Below, piece after piece: positions 30,555 through 40,970 of a stretch of DNA of 64,000 bases. The DNA comes from an uncultured cyanobacterium (GTDB lineage Bacteria > Cyanobacteriota > Cyanobacteriia > Cyanobacteriales > CAWUOF01): positions 1,120,001 through 1,184,000 of the forward strand of contig CAVUSO010000001.1 in NCBI GenBank assembly GCA_963744145.1, in the 5' to 3' direction. Both the position numbers and the translations under genes were made by a program. The stretch's first letter is position 1. Each line of letters begins with the position of its first letter. The notes below the pieces were generated by a model that ran no database searches, was not told where the DNA came from, and was given only the letters and a program-made list of their open reading frames with translations.

Positions 30555-30979
30555 TACGGTAAAGAGTCTGTGATGTAAGATGGGGTATGTCTCGACTACG
30601 CCTTGTGTTGAGCGTAGTCGAAACATCGACACAATGGTTCATCAAGGTGATCTGTGAGGCAGGGCGGGTTCATTAATACCTCGACTACCCTTCGACTACG
30701 CCCTTCGACTTCGCTCAGGGAACACTCAGGGCAAGCGCTCGGCACAAGAGTTATTTGTGTGTGGCAAATTCAGCTCCTGAACCCGCCCCTACGAGATCAT
30801 AAAAATGTATTGTCAATGAATTTATGATCACAATCAACCAGGATTTGTAGGGGCGGGTTCACCAGTTAATTCTGACACAAATAGATCAACATCATAAACC
30901 CGCCCAACCAACACAGATCAATCACAACTAACTTTAACTGATCGGACAGGCAAGATGCCTGTCCCACAATCTTACTGTA
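30555..30979. mobile_element. REP-rich composite MITE, copy B
   Basis: Ends TACGGT...ACTGTA; double SDR at 30588-30635 and triple SDR at 30677-30748. Confidence 0.85.
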
Positions 30980-31507
30980 CTTGATCAACGGGTTATCCGC
31001 TGGATTTTCTGACGGTGAATTATAAAAGTCTTAAGACCTGATCTCTCAATTATATAATCAAATTCCTAACAGAGCAAGCTTTTGAGAAATTAAATATCAA
31101 TACTTCGGATAGTTTTTGATTGACAACGGTAGCATAAGGGTTTCGCATTCCTATTGTTCTCGTTGGCGATCGACAACCAGCACTAATCACCAGAATGAGT
31201 CTATGAGCAGCATAACTCTGATTTTTCCTTCTCAAAAGCAATTATATAAAATCCGTAAACTATTGAGGATTTTATATACTGCGGGCAAAGGAAATATATA
31301 AAATTGTATAGCCCCACGTAAAATATTTTACAGGTGAGCGGATAAATTTGGATAGGTGAGTGTATAAACATTATACGGGGCGACGTGAACACATTGATAT
31401 TAGGTTGTTCTAGCGTTTATATGGTTTATACAATATTTTTGTGGAACCTATTGACAACCATCAAATGAGCGTATAAAACACCGCCACTTTACACGGAGAT
31501 TTATCCA

Positions 31508-31582
31508 ATGACCATCGCAGAGATTCAGAAGAAAACTCCCCAACCCCAACCCCAAGCTCAACCTTCAAGCGATCGCGGTTAA
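31508..31582 (+). CDS. Possible 24-aa small protein
   Basis: GGAG RBS then MTIAEIQKKTPQPQPQAQPSSDRG*; TTGACA at 31451. Confidence 0.3.
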   Translation: MTIAEIQKKTPQPQPQAQPSSDRG

Positions 31583-31687
31583 CAAAACTTAAATTTATAG
31601 TATTACCACTACAATCCGCTGAATAGAAATATCTATTATTCAAATTAGCGATCGCCAATAAACCCCAATATTTACCAAATTTTAACT

Positions 31688-32560
31688 TTAATCTGAAAGC
31701 CAATCTAAATTACGCCCAATAAGCAATTCTGTTTTCTCCCTATGATGGGTATTTTTCATGGAGATAGACTGCATAACAAATCCATAACTGTTGACTAAGT
31801 CTATTACTTCTTCAGTATGTTCATAACTCATCAAAAAATTCCCTTTCAACCTGGCAACAAGTTCAAATAAAGCTGGGTGATTAATGATTGAGTATCGATA
31901 AAGTCTTCGACCAGCTTTTATATAGGGTGGATCAATAAAATAAATAGCATCTTGGCGATGAACATTTTGTTCACAAATCTCAAAAGCATCTCCTTCAATA
32001 AATTTAATCTTATGTTTTATTTTGGCGATCGCAAGTATCCGCTTTGCTAGGGTTTCTGGATACCAACGTGATGTGATCCCTTTACCATTTTCTCCTTGCT
32101 TGATAAAGCTAGCACCATCAGCAAGAATACCACCTCGATTAACACGATTTTTCACAATTGTAGCAAAGGCAAGAGACTCTAAAGATTGATGGGCAGTTTC
32201 AATAGCTTGTCTAGCATTTTCTGGAGTTAAGTTAAAATTTCTAATAGCATCCGCTAACCATTTAGCATTAGCTTCTAAAATGATCTGCCATACAGCAGCA
32301 ACACCTTCATCTTTTTCCACCATTGTTACATGATTAACTAAGCCTTCAAAAATAGCAGTTAAGCTAACAATCCCACCACCAGCAAATGGTTCAATCAATT
32401 CTTTGTCTGAACCACCATATTTTAGTAACCATTGTCTAATCCGTGGAATCAACCAAGTTTTACCACCCGCATAGCGAAAAGGACTTCGCTGGGGTACGCT
32501 AGCAATATTGACTATAGGTGTTTTTTTTGGATAGCTGTCGAAAATATCAATTTGAATCAT
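31688..32560 (-). CDS. N6-adenine DNA methyltransferase, Dam/D12 (alpha) class
   Basis: SPFRYAGGKT, EPFAGGG (motif I), FIDPPY (motif IV). Confidence 0.92.
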   Translation of the reverse strand: MIQIDIFDSYPKKTPIVNIASVPQRSPFRYAGGKTWLIPRIRQWLLKYGGSDKELIEPFAGGGIVSLTAIFEGLVNHVTMVEKDEGVAAVWQIILEANAKWLADAIRNFNLTPENARQAIETAHQSLESLAFATIVKNRVNRGGILADGASFIKQGENGKGITSRWYPETLAKRILAIAKIKHKIKFIEGDAFEICEQNVHRQDAIYFIDPPYIKAGRRLYRYSIINHPALFELVARLKGNFLMSYEHTEEVIDLVNSYGFVMQSISMKNTHHREKTELLIGRNLDWLSD

Positions 32561-32568
32561 TGCTATTT

Positions 32569-33441
32569 TTACTGTAAAGGAATATCAAGGATAGTTTGTG
32601 TCTCGCTGGGATAGTCAAGTTTTTGATCAAGTTTTTGTTGCAATATTTTAATAAAGTCTTCTAATTTTCCAGGTTCTGGAGTAGAAATACGATTAATTGC
32701 TGGCCAATACTCTGTATAAACTACATTGCTCAAAACTAAATTAAATTGATCATTTTGCTGTTGTAAATCATAAAGATACCAGGCAATTTCAGCTTTTTCC
32801 TGTTCAATTTGTGGTAAGTTAGGTAATGTGTCAAAAAAACTTTTTTGAACAACAATTGCCTGTTTTTTATTCCACCCACGCAAGATTGCACCTTTATAAA
32901 GTAATTGGGGGATTAATCGCTTACGTGAAGATGACAGATAGTCGGGAGTAGGGTAATAATTGGCTAACCTTGACCAATTTATATTTTCCCAACCTTCAGG
33001 ATCATTCATGTAAGTCTCGAAAGGCTCACGTATATTACCAGATATATAGACAGCTTGGATCTCAATCGCCCCACAATCTATTACCCTCCCTCTATCATCA
33101 TAGGAAACCAGTATAACATCAACATTCCCTGCTGATTGTCCATCAGCATTCTTTAAACGAACCTCTATGAGCGAAGTCCAGTTTGCGTTGTTTCCAAAAA
33201 AGAAATTTGCAGCATTTTCAGCAATTAACCAATCTTGTCTAAATCGAATTGGACAGGTGATGACTGGGGAGTTTTTGTGATAAATACTGCATACCCCCAG
33301 AGGATTGTTAGCTTTGTCCTTTGTGCAATTAGGTACTTTATTATTATATGGACAGAGTTTATTGCGTCGATAACGTTTTGCTTGGTCTGAAAAACTATTA
33401 TTGGGGAAGCCAAAAACTTCTGCTAATGGATTATTCGGCAT
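32569..33441 (-). CDS. NotI-family restriction endonuclease
   Basis: LAEVFGF start; four N-terminal Cys (CPY, CTK, GVCS, TCPIRF); GNVDVILV and EIQAVYISG nuclease motifs; co-oriented with the MTase. Confidence 0.85.
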   Translation of the reverse strand: MPNNPLAEVFGFPNNSFSDQAKRYRRNKLCPYNNKVPNCTKDKANNPLGVCSIYHKNSPVITCPIRFRQDWLIAENAANFFFGNNANWTSLIEVRLKNADGQSAGNVDVILVSYDDRGRVIDCGAIEIQAVYISGNIREPFETYMNDPEGWENINWSRLANYYPTPDYLSSSRKRLIPQLLYKGAILRGWNKKQAIVVQKSFFDTLPNLPQIEQEKAEIAWYLYDLQQQNDQFNLVLSNVVYTEYWPAINRISTPEPGKLEDFIKILQQKLDQKLDYPSETQTILDIPLQ

Positions 33442-33495
33442 ACTTTTTTAACTAATTAATCCCATCAGTGATCACAACAGTATCTGAAAGTGTCC

Positions 33496-34101
33496 TCAAT
33501 CGAAAATTGCATTCATCAAAACTTCAGTCAAGGTCATATTTTCCATATCATCGATCGTAACTGTATCAACTATATCAAACTTCGCTCCAATACTTTGCAA
33601 ACTATCATCTAATGCTTTCAGAAATAAAGTAGCTGTTGGATCGTTTCCCACTTGAATAAAAGAAATTGCTAACTCCTCGTCTCGATCGAGACGACAGGAA
33701 ACATCAACGATCGCTTTCATTACAGCTTTGCGATCGTCTGGTTCCCCATCAGTGACCACAATAATAGTTTCTCCATTAAGTTTTGTTTGTTTATTAGCTT
33801 TCCGCTGTAAATACTGATTAGTTGCATCAATTAATACACTAGCTAAATCTGTACTACCAGATGGCTCATTTTCGGTAAATATCTGTGCTACTTTACTAGC
33901 AGTAACATTATCATATCGCTTAAAGCGTCCGGCAAATACATAAACAGTAATCCCATCTGGATCTAATTCTTCACACTTACTCGCGATCGCTAAGGTAGAT
34001 TCTTGCATGACCGACCAGCGACTTTTATTACCACGCTGGTCTTTAGTAGACATACTACCACTCTTATCAATTATTAATGTATAGTCTCTATTGTCTAACA
34101 T
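33496..34101 (-). CDS. vWA domain protein
   Basis: MIDAS motif DKSGSMS, GSTDLA, VVTDGEP. Confidence 0.9.
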   Translation of the reverse strand: MLDNRDYTLIIDKSGSMSTKDQRGNKSRWSVMQESTLAIASKCEELDPDGITVYVFAGRFKRYDNVTASKVAQIFTENEPSGSTDLASVLIDATNQYLQRKANKQTKLNGETIIVVTDGEPDDRKAVMKAIVDVSCRLDRDEELAISFIQVGNDPTATLFLKALDDSLQSIGAKFDIVDTVTIDDMENMTLTEVLMNAIFD

Positions 34102-34132
34102 GATCTTGTCCTATTTTTTCTATCAAGAGTTA

Positions 34133-34168
34133 GGGGTGATTTCTAGAAATCCACCCCCTGCAAAAAAA
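34133..34168 (-). terminator. Hairpin downstream of ndhN
   Basis: GGGGTGATTTCTAGAAATCCACCCC with adjacent A-run. Confidence 0.45.
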
Positions 34169-34219
34169 TAAATAGCTGTGCGATCGCAATAACTAAAAAT
34201 AGCTACTTAATTGATCATT

Positions 34220-34696
34220 CTAAGCAGCTATCAAAGTTGATTTGAGTGGTTTCCAACTAAATACGCGATCGCCACCTAATTCCACTACCACCTTCACTCT
34301 TGGTTCTAATTCTGGTAAAAGTGTCAAATATTCAAGTTCTTGTTGAGATAAAATATGTCCCTCAATTATCCACAGCACCAGTCCCTTAGACTTGGGAGGT
34401 AAATGATCTAATTGGGAAGTGACGATCGGTGGGACAAAATAAACATACCCCACTGCTGCACCAGAGCTAGTGCTTTTTTTACCTAAATGGGGTGGACGTA
34501 CCCCATGAATCCCCGTGAGATACATAGATAGATCCCCCAATCCACGGGCACTCATATTCAAAGCAGTATATCCAGCAGCCCGAATCCGTCGGAGATAGCG
34601 TCCTTCAAATCCCCCTTCGAGAGGAACATAGACACCTACAGCTCCGGAATCTTCTAGATCGCGAATCAAATCCTTACCAGTTGTAATCAGTGCCAT
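34220..34696 (-). CDS. ndhN: NDH-1 complex subunit N
   Basis: MALITTG, PLEGGFEGRY, SARGLGD, GVRPPHLGK. Confidence 0.96.
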   Translation of the reverse strand: MALITTGKDLIRDLEDSGAVGVYVPLEGGFEGRYLRRIRAAGYTALNMSARGLGDLSMYLTGIHGVRPPHLGKKSTSSGAAVGYVYFVPPIVTSQLDHLPPKSKGLVLWIIEGHILSQQELEYLTLLPELEPRVKVVVELGGDRVFSWKPLKSTLIAA

Positions 34697-34790
34697 AAAT
34701 TAGCGTCTTGCCCTTTTTCACAATTTTATGGATTTTACGTCATTTTGTCTTATTATATGTCACCAGTAATCACCCAACTTGAATATTTCC

Positions 34791-34855
34791 TCGATCGCCA
34801 CATGATCTCTGGGGCGTATTATTTGTAGGGGCGTATTGTAATACGCCCCTACAGG
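34791..34855. repeat. REP-containing direct repeat, left island boundary
   Basis: 57/66 aligned positions identical to 46160-46225; REP core 34825-34852. Confidence 0.8.
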
Positions 34856-35216
34856 TCATGGGTAAATCGGTTTTGTGCTTTCCAGCTTGTAGCTCTGTCG
34901 TTCAGTTTTAAACGATCCAAGGGGTTGGAGCTATTGTAGCCGTTTTTCTGGCACCTGATCACCTTAGTCTGGTCAGATCATCCATACCATCTGATCTTTT
35001 CACACTTATTCAGCCAACACTCATTAGCATCTATTAAATTTTCTGTAGCTTTATGTGAAGTTTTTTATCGATTGATTAGTCTTACATAAAAATTTTTCTT
35101 TTTTTAGATATATTTGAGAAGATCGAATTTCTTAGTTTTGTAATAGATCGGCTTGTAGTTGAGCTGTCTAGTTTTTTGGACTCAGTAAATGTTGTGTTGG
35201 ATGGGAAAATCTTGAA

Positions 35217-37946
35217 ATGGCTCAAAAGATAATAAGTTGTTGGAAATTAGGTTTAGTAGGTTGGTTTTTTGTGAGTGGAGCGATCGCATTCTTTAGTGAA
35301 TGCACCTTGGCTCAAATGATCCCTGATCCTACCCTACCAATCAATTCTGTTGTCTCCCTCCAAAACAACACTAGCTTGATTCAGGGAGGAACTAAAGCAG
35401 GAAGTAACTTATTCCACAGTTTTAAAGAATTTTCTGTTCCCACCGGAATTACAGCTTACTTCAACAATACTCCAGATATCCAAAACATCATTACTAGAGT
35501 TACAGGAGATTCTATCTCTCAAATTGATGGGTCACTGAAAACCAATAATACTGCTAACCTTTTTTTACTCAATCCCAAAGGAATTATCTTTGGTCCAAAT
35601 ACCAAGCTAGATTTAGGAGGTTCTTTTCTAGCGAGTACAGGAAATAGGATCAGCTTTGCTGATGGTACTTTTTTTAGCACCCAAGTTAGTCAATCTTCAC
35701 CACTACTAACCGTTAACGTACCAATGGGATTGCAATATGGCAGTAATGTTGGCAATATTCAAGTACAACATGGAGCTAATCTCCAAATGTCATCTGGTCA
35801 GACTTTAGCTTTAATCGGAGGTAATGTGATGGTAGATGGTGGAGTTTTAAAAGTCCCAGGAGGTCGAATTGAATTAGGAGGTTTAACTGAAACAGGAAAT
35901 ATTGGTTTGACAATTGAGGGTAACCATTTATCTTTAAATTTTCCGAACCAAATAACAGGAACTACTGTCTCATTTACTAACAATTCTGAAGTCAATGTTC
36001 GCGATATTAATGGTGGTGATATTGGGATTCATTCTCAAGACTTAAACCTGGGAGGAGGAAGTCAATTATTAGCTGGAATATCCCAGGGAAAATCGCTTAA
36101 CTCTCATGCTGGCAATATAGAGATTAATGTGACTGGAAAAATAAATTTTAGTGATACAGATAGCCTGATTTCTAACTCAGTCCTATATAACTCTATTGGT
36201 CAGGGAGGTAATATCAATATTACAGCAGCCTCGCTCTATGTTAGCAATGGGGCTGTTTTGCAAGATAGCACTTTTGGACAAGGGAATGCAGGCAATATAA
36301 ATATTAATGTTCGGGAGCAAGCCTCTTTTGATGGAATGGGTAATAGTGGTGTCTATAGTGGTGCTTATAGTCGGATTGAGTATCCCGACACTATTGGTCA
36401 AGGAGGTAGTATTAATATTACAACCAGGTCGCTTCTTGTTACTAATGGTGCTGTCATTACCGGTAGTACAAATGGCAAAGGAAACGCATCTAATATAAAT
36501 ATTAATGCACAGGATTCTGTAGTTTTAGATGGTGTAGGTATCTATAGTAAAGCTTCTGGTATTCAACAATCTAGTGGTGTTTATAGCAGTATTAAAGATT
36601 ATGGCGTAGGAGCAGGGGGACTAATTAAGATTACAACTGGTCTTCTTTCTGTTTCCAATGGTGCTGTTGTGATAGCAAGCACTCGAAATAAGGGAAATGG
36701 AGGCAATATTGAGATTAATGCAGAAAAGGTAAATCTTACTGGAGTTGGAATCAGCGGACAAACTAGTGGATTATTTACACCTAGTGAAGTGACTGCAAGT
36801 GGAAACGGGGGAGATATTATTGTTAATACTCATACTTTTCAAGTTACAGATGGAGCGGTGGTGAGTTCACGGACTCTCAATTCTAGCAATGGTGGTAACG
36901 TTACTATCAACACTAAATATTTTGAAGCAACTAATGGAGGACAAGTTATCGCTAGCACTCTTGGCAGCGGTAAAGCCGGAGATATTTCACTAAATGCTGA
37001 TCAGATTATTCTTGCTGGTAAAGACCCTAATTTTGCCAGCCGTGCAGCCGCAGTTCCTGGAGATAGTGTGAGTACAGAAGGGTTATTCAGCGGAGTATTT
37101 GCCCGTACATCTGCACAGTCTACAGGTGCTGGAGGAAACCTATTCGTTAATGCAAAACAATTAATCGTTAGAGATGGGGCGCAAGTTACAGTTAGCGCTC
37201 AAGGACAAGGAGCAGCAGGAAACCTGATTATTAATGCTCAATCGTTACAAATGAACAATGGTAATATCACTGCTGAAACTCAAGCTGGTAATTTTGGCAA
37301 TATTTTGATCCAATCTCAAAATCTAGTCTTGCGTAACGTTAGCGCGATTACAACTAATGCTCAAAATAATGCTACTGGCGGTAACATTAGCATCAATACA
37401 GGTGTCTTAACAGCTTTAGAAAATAGTGATATAAGTGCCAATGCGGTCAGAGGTAATGGTGGTAGCGTTCAAATTGATGCTCAGGGGATTTTCGGAACCC
37501 AATTTCGCCCTCAACTAACTCCGGAAAGCGATATTACAGCTAGTTCGGTTTTTGGAAGACAGGGAGAGGTAAAGCTAAATACTCCAGATGCTAATCCTAG
37601 TTCTGGATTAGTCAAGTTACCATCAGAATTTGTTGATATATTTAACCAGATTGCACTAGGCTGTCCAGCCGATCGAGATAGTACACTTACTCTGGTCGGA
37701 AGTGGTGGTTTGCCACCTAATCCCATTGAACTATTACGAACTGAAGCAGTGATTACAAATGATGTTGTGAGCCAAACTAAGCCAAAAACTATTTCTGAGT
37801 CGGTAATTTCCACTCCTACAGAACTGATCGAAGCTGGAGGATGGATAATTAATGCTCAGGGTAAGGTAGTTTTGATCGCTAAAACTCCTACAAGTATATT
37901 CTACCAGTCTTGGCTGACTCCTATAAAGCCTATGACCTGTTTATGA
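35217..37946 (+). CDS. Filamentous haemagglutinin N-terminal (TPS domain) exoprotein
   Basis: Signal peptide, NLFHSFKEFSV, LFLLNPKGIIFG, GNAGNINI repeats, C-terminal GGLPPNP/EAGGW. Confidence 0.92.
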   Translation: MAQKIISCWKLGLVGWFFVSGAIAFFSECTLAQMIPDPTLPINSVVSLQNNTSLIQGGTKAGSNLFHSFKEFSVPTGITAYFNNTPDIQNIITRVTGDSISQIDGSLKTNNTANLFLLNPKGIIFGPNTKLDLGGSFLASTGNRISFADGTFFSTQVSQSSPLLTVNVPMGLQYGSNVGNIQVQHGANLQMSSGQTLALIGGNVMVDGGVLKVPGGRIELGGLTETGNIGLTIEGNHLSLNFPNQITGTTVSFTNNSEVNVRDINGGDIGIHSQDLNLGGGSQLLAGISQGKSLNSHAGNIEINVTGKINFSDTDSLISNSVLYNSIGQGGNINITAASLYVSNGAVLQDSTFGQGNAGNININVREQASFDGMGNSGVYSGAYSRIEYPDTIGQGGSINITTRSLLVTNGAVITGSTNGKGNASNININAQDSVVLDGVGIYSKASGIQQSSGVYSSIKDYGVGAGGLIKITTGLLSVSNGAVVIASTRNKGNGGNIEINAEKVNLTGVGISGQTSGLFTPSEVTASGNGGDIIVNTHTFQVTDGAVVSSRTLNSSNGGNVTINTKYFEATNGGQVIASTLGSGKAGDISLNADQIILAGKDPNFASRAAAVPGDSVSTEGLFSGVFARTSAQSTGAGGNLFVNAKQLIVRDGAQVTVSAQGQGAAGNLIINAQSLQMNNGNITAETQAGNFGNILIQSQNLVLRNVSAITTNAQNNATGGNISINTGVLTALENSDISANAVRGNGGSVQIDAQGIFGTQFRPQLTPESDITASSVFGRQGEVKLNTPDANPSSGLVKLPSEFVDIFNQIALGCPADRDSTLTLVGSGGLPPNPIELLRTEAVITNDVVSQTKPKTISESVISTPTELIEAGGWIINAQGKVVLIAKTPTSIFYQSWLTPIKPMTCL

Positions 37947-37948
37947 AG

Positions 37949-38320
37949 TATAGCAGTGTTGTCTGTAATGCCAGATGGGGTATGTCTCGACTACGCCTTG
38001 TGTTGAGCGTAGTCGAAACATCGACACAAGAGTTCATTAAGGTGATCGGTGGGGCGGGGCGGGTTCATCAAGGTTATTTGTGTGTGGCAAATTCAGCGGT
38101 GAACCCGCCCCTACAGATAATAAATATGTTCGGTTCTGGGATTATTTACCAAAAAATCGATAAAATCGATGAATTGATGATGACAATCAACCAGGATTTG
38201 TAGGGGCGGGTTCACCGATCAATTTTGTTGATCACCGATCACCATCATAAACCCGCCCAACCAACACGGATCACTCACAATAACAATAAATTATCACCAT
38301 TCACGCCAAATCTTACTGTA
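37949..38320. mobile_element. REP-rich composite MITE, copy C
   Basis: Ends TATAGC...ACTGTA; double SDR at 37983-38030; second SDR site empty (GGGTTCATCAA|GGTTATTTG). Confidence 0.85.
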
Positions 38321-38351
38321 CTTCATCAACAAGGAATATGCTGTAAACTCC

Positions 38352-40965
38352 ATGAATTATAAAAAGTTCCAATTAAATAGAGTTAATATCCAGATGTATC
38401 GCCGAACTTTGGTGCTATTTTCTTTATTTCTATTCGTACTCATTTCTACTTTGAGTATTCCTGTATTGTCAGTTGAGCCTTTATTAACAAAGCAATCTTC
38501 TTTTCTTATTTCTCAAGATGATAATATATCAGAGATAATTAATCAGGGTAAAATATTTTACCAAAATGGAAACTTCAAGGAATCTGCCATAATTTGGCAA
38601 AAAGCCGCTGATACTTACGCGCAAATGGGCAATAAAGAGGGGGTGAGCGAGAGTTTAATTAACAAAGCCGAAGCTTTACAAGCATTGGGGTTTTATCCTA
38701 AAGCTTGTAATACTTTACTGCAAGCTTTTGAAATTACTGAATTAGATTGTCAGCAATTAATTCAAAAGCATCAAATGCTTCAAGACCAAGATAATCAAGC
38801 GATTAAAGATAGACCAGAGGATTTTATAATTAATCCTCTTGAAAAAAGACCAGATTCTCTCGCGAAAACTATTGGTTTACGGAGTCTAGGTGATTTATTA
38901 CAAAAACTTGGGGATTTAGAATTATCTAAAATAATTTTACAACTAAGTTTAAAGGTTTCTCAGAAATTGCCGTCTGCTTCAGAGTTAAGTGCAACCATGC
39001 TAAGTTTAGGAAATACCGAATTTGCTCAAGCTATTAGTGAAACAGAATTACCAAGTATTACCAATGAACAAGAATATACTCCTTTCACTTGTATAAGAAC
39101 ACCTACTAGTTATGGTAAAACAAAAGAGCATTATCAAAAGGCGATCGCCCATTATAAACAAGCTACTGCTGAATCGGGTTCTCCGACTACACATATTCAG
39201 GCACAGCTCAATCAGCTAACCACATTAATAACTCTCGAACAATGGTTAGATGCTCAAAAATTATGGCCTCAAATTCAATCTCAGATCAACAGCTTACCTG
39301 CCAATCGAACCATAATTAATGCTCAAATTAATTTAGCACATAATTTAATCTGTCTGAGACAATTAACTAACCTAGATACTCCATCCCAGCCAGAAATTGC
39401 TCAACTATTAGTCACATCTATTCAACAGGCTGAAAAAATCAATGATTGGAAAGGTAAATCCTATGGGTTAGGTTATCTTGGTGGACTATATAGTTACAAA
39501 CAATTTAGTTCTGAATATCTTAACTATGCCCAAACTTTAACCGAGACAGCTCTGATGTTGACTCTAGCTAATAGCGCACCAGCTCTATCCTATCAATGGT
39601 TATGGCAGTTAGGAGCTATTTTTGAAAAGCAGGGAAAAACTAATAAAGCGATCGCTGCTTATACTCAAGCTTTTCATACTATTGAATCTCTCAGAAGTAA
39701 CTTAATTAGCATTAATACAGATATTCAGTTTTCATTCCGAGACAGAATAGAGCCTATTTATCGAGAATTAGTTAGTTTACTTTTGCAATCAAAAGAACCT
39801 ACTCAAGAGCATTTAGAATTAGCTCGTTATGTAATTCAATCTCTGGAAATTGCCGAATTAGAAAATTTTCTAAGATGTAGTCTAGTTGATCGCAAACCTA
39901 AGCAGCTAGATGAAATTCTTAAACGAGAAAGTCAAACAGCAGCAATTTACCCAATTATCTTAAATAAGAGATTAGAAATTATTCTTAAGCTACCTAATCA
40001 GCCACTACTTCATCGTTGGTCTTCCTTACCTGAATATAAGGAAGTAGAAACTACCATTGATGAATTGTCTGTAGATTTAAAGAAACGCTACGACATTGAA
40101 GCAATTTTACCTTTGGCAGAAAAGGTTTATGATTGGTTAATTAGACCTTTAGAAGCAGACTTAAGCGGAATCAATACTTTGACATTTGTGTTAGACAGTT
40201 CTTTGCAAAAGATTCCAATGGCTGCTCTATATGATAGCAAAAATCAGAAGTATCTGGTTGAAAAATATGCTATAGCAGTAGTACCAAGTTCACAGATATT
40301 AGACTTAAAAGTATCTAAAGAGAAGCCTTTTAACAAAATTTTAATTGCTGGATTAACTAAAGAAAAAAATCTCGTGAGAAAAGGTCAACAATTCAAATTT
40401 GCTTCTTTAAATAATATCAAGAATGAAGTCAGGCAAATTCAGAAAATTATCCCTAACTCTCAGGTACTTTTAGATGAGGATTTTAAAATCGAGAATTTTA
40501 AAAAGCAGCTAAACTCATCAGGTTATACAGTGCTACATTTGGCAACTCACGCTCATTTTAGTTCAGATCCAAAGTTAACCTTTATTCTGACCGATTCAAA
40601 AGAACCGCTTGACATAGAGCAATTGAGAAAAATCCTCCAAAGTAGAAGTCAAAAAAGACCTGAAGAAATTGTATTAATGGTTCTAAGTGCTTGTGAAACT
40701 GCTGAAGGAGATAAACGGGCTACTTTGGGGCTTGCTGGAGTAGCAGTTAGATTCTGGAGTGCGTAGTACATTGGGAACTCTTTGGCAAGTAGATGATGAG
40801 TCTACTAGCGACTTCATGAGTCAGTTTTATCAAAACATAGCTACGGGAAAAATCACAAAAGCATCAGCACTTCAGCAAGCCCAAATATCTCTATTACATC
40901 AAGACTCAAACAAAAACCATCCCTATTTATGGGCACCTTACATTTTAGTAGGTAATTGGTTGTAG
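38352..40965 (+). CDS. Exported TPR + CHAT domain protein; +1 frameshift at 40749-40755
   Basis: LHLATHA and VLSACET dyad. Removing one T gives LGLAGVAVRSGVRSTLGTLWQVDD...HPYLWAPYILVGNWL; span 2614 = 3n+1. Confidence 0.9.
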
Positions 40966-40970
40966 AAACT

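Noticed and set aside
31050..31703. Four short overlapping ORFs (61-80 aa)
   Set aside because: No motifs or RBS; AT-rich intergenic noise.
33496..34101. vWA gene as a component of the RM or defence locus
   Set aside because: Co-oriented, but a common stand-alone family with no MoxR, kinase or phosphatase partners adjacent.
37910..38203. 97-aa ORF
   Set aside because: Translation of MITE copy C and its SDRs; not a transposase.
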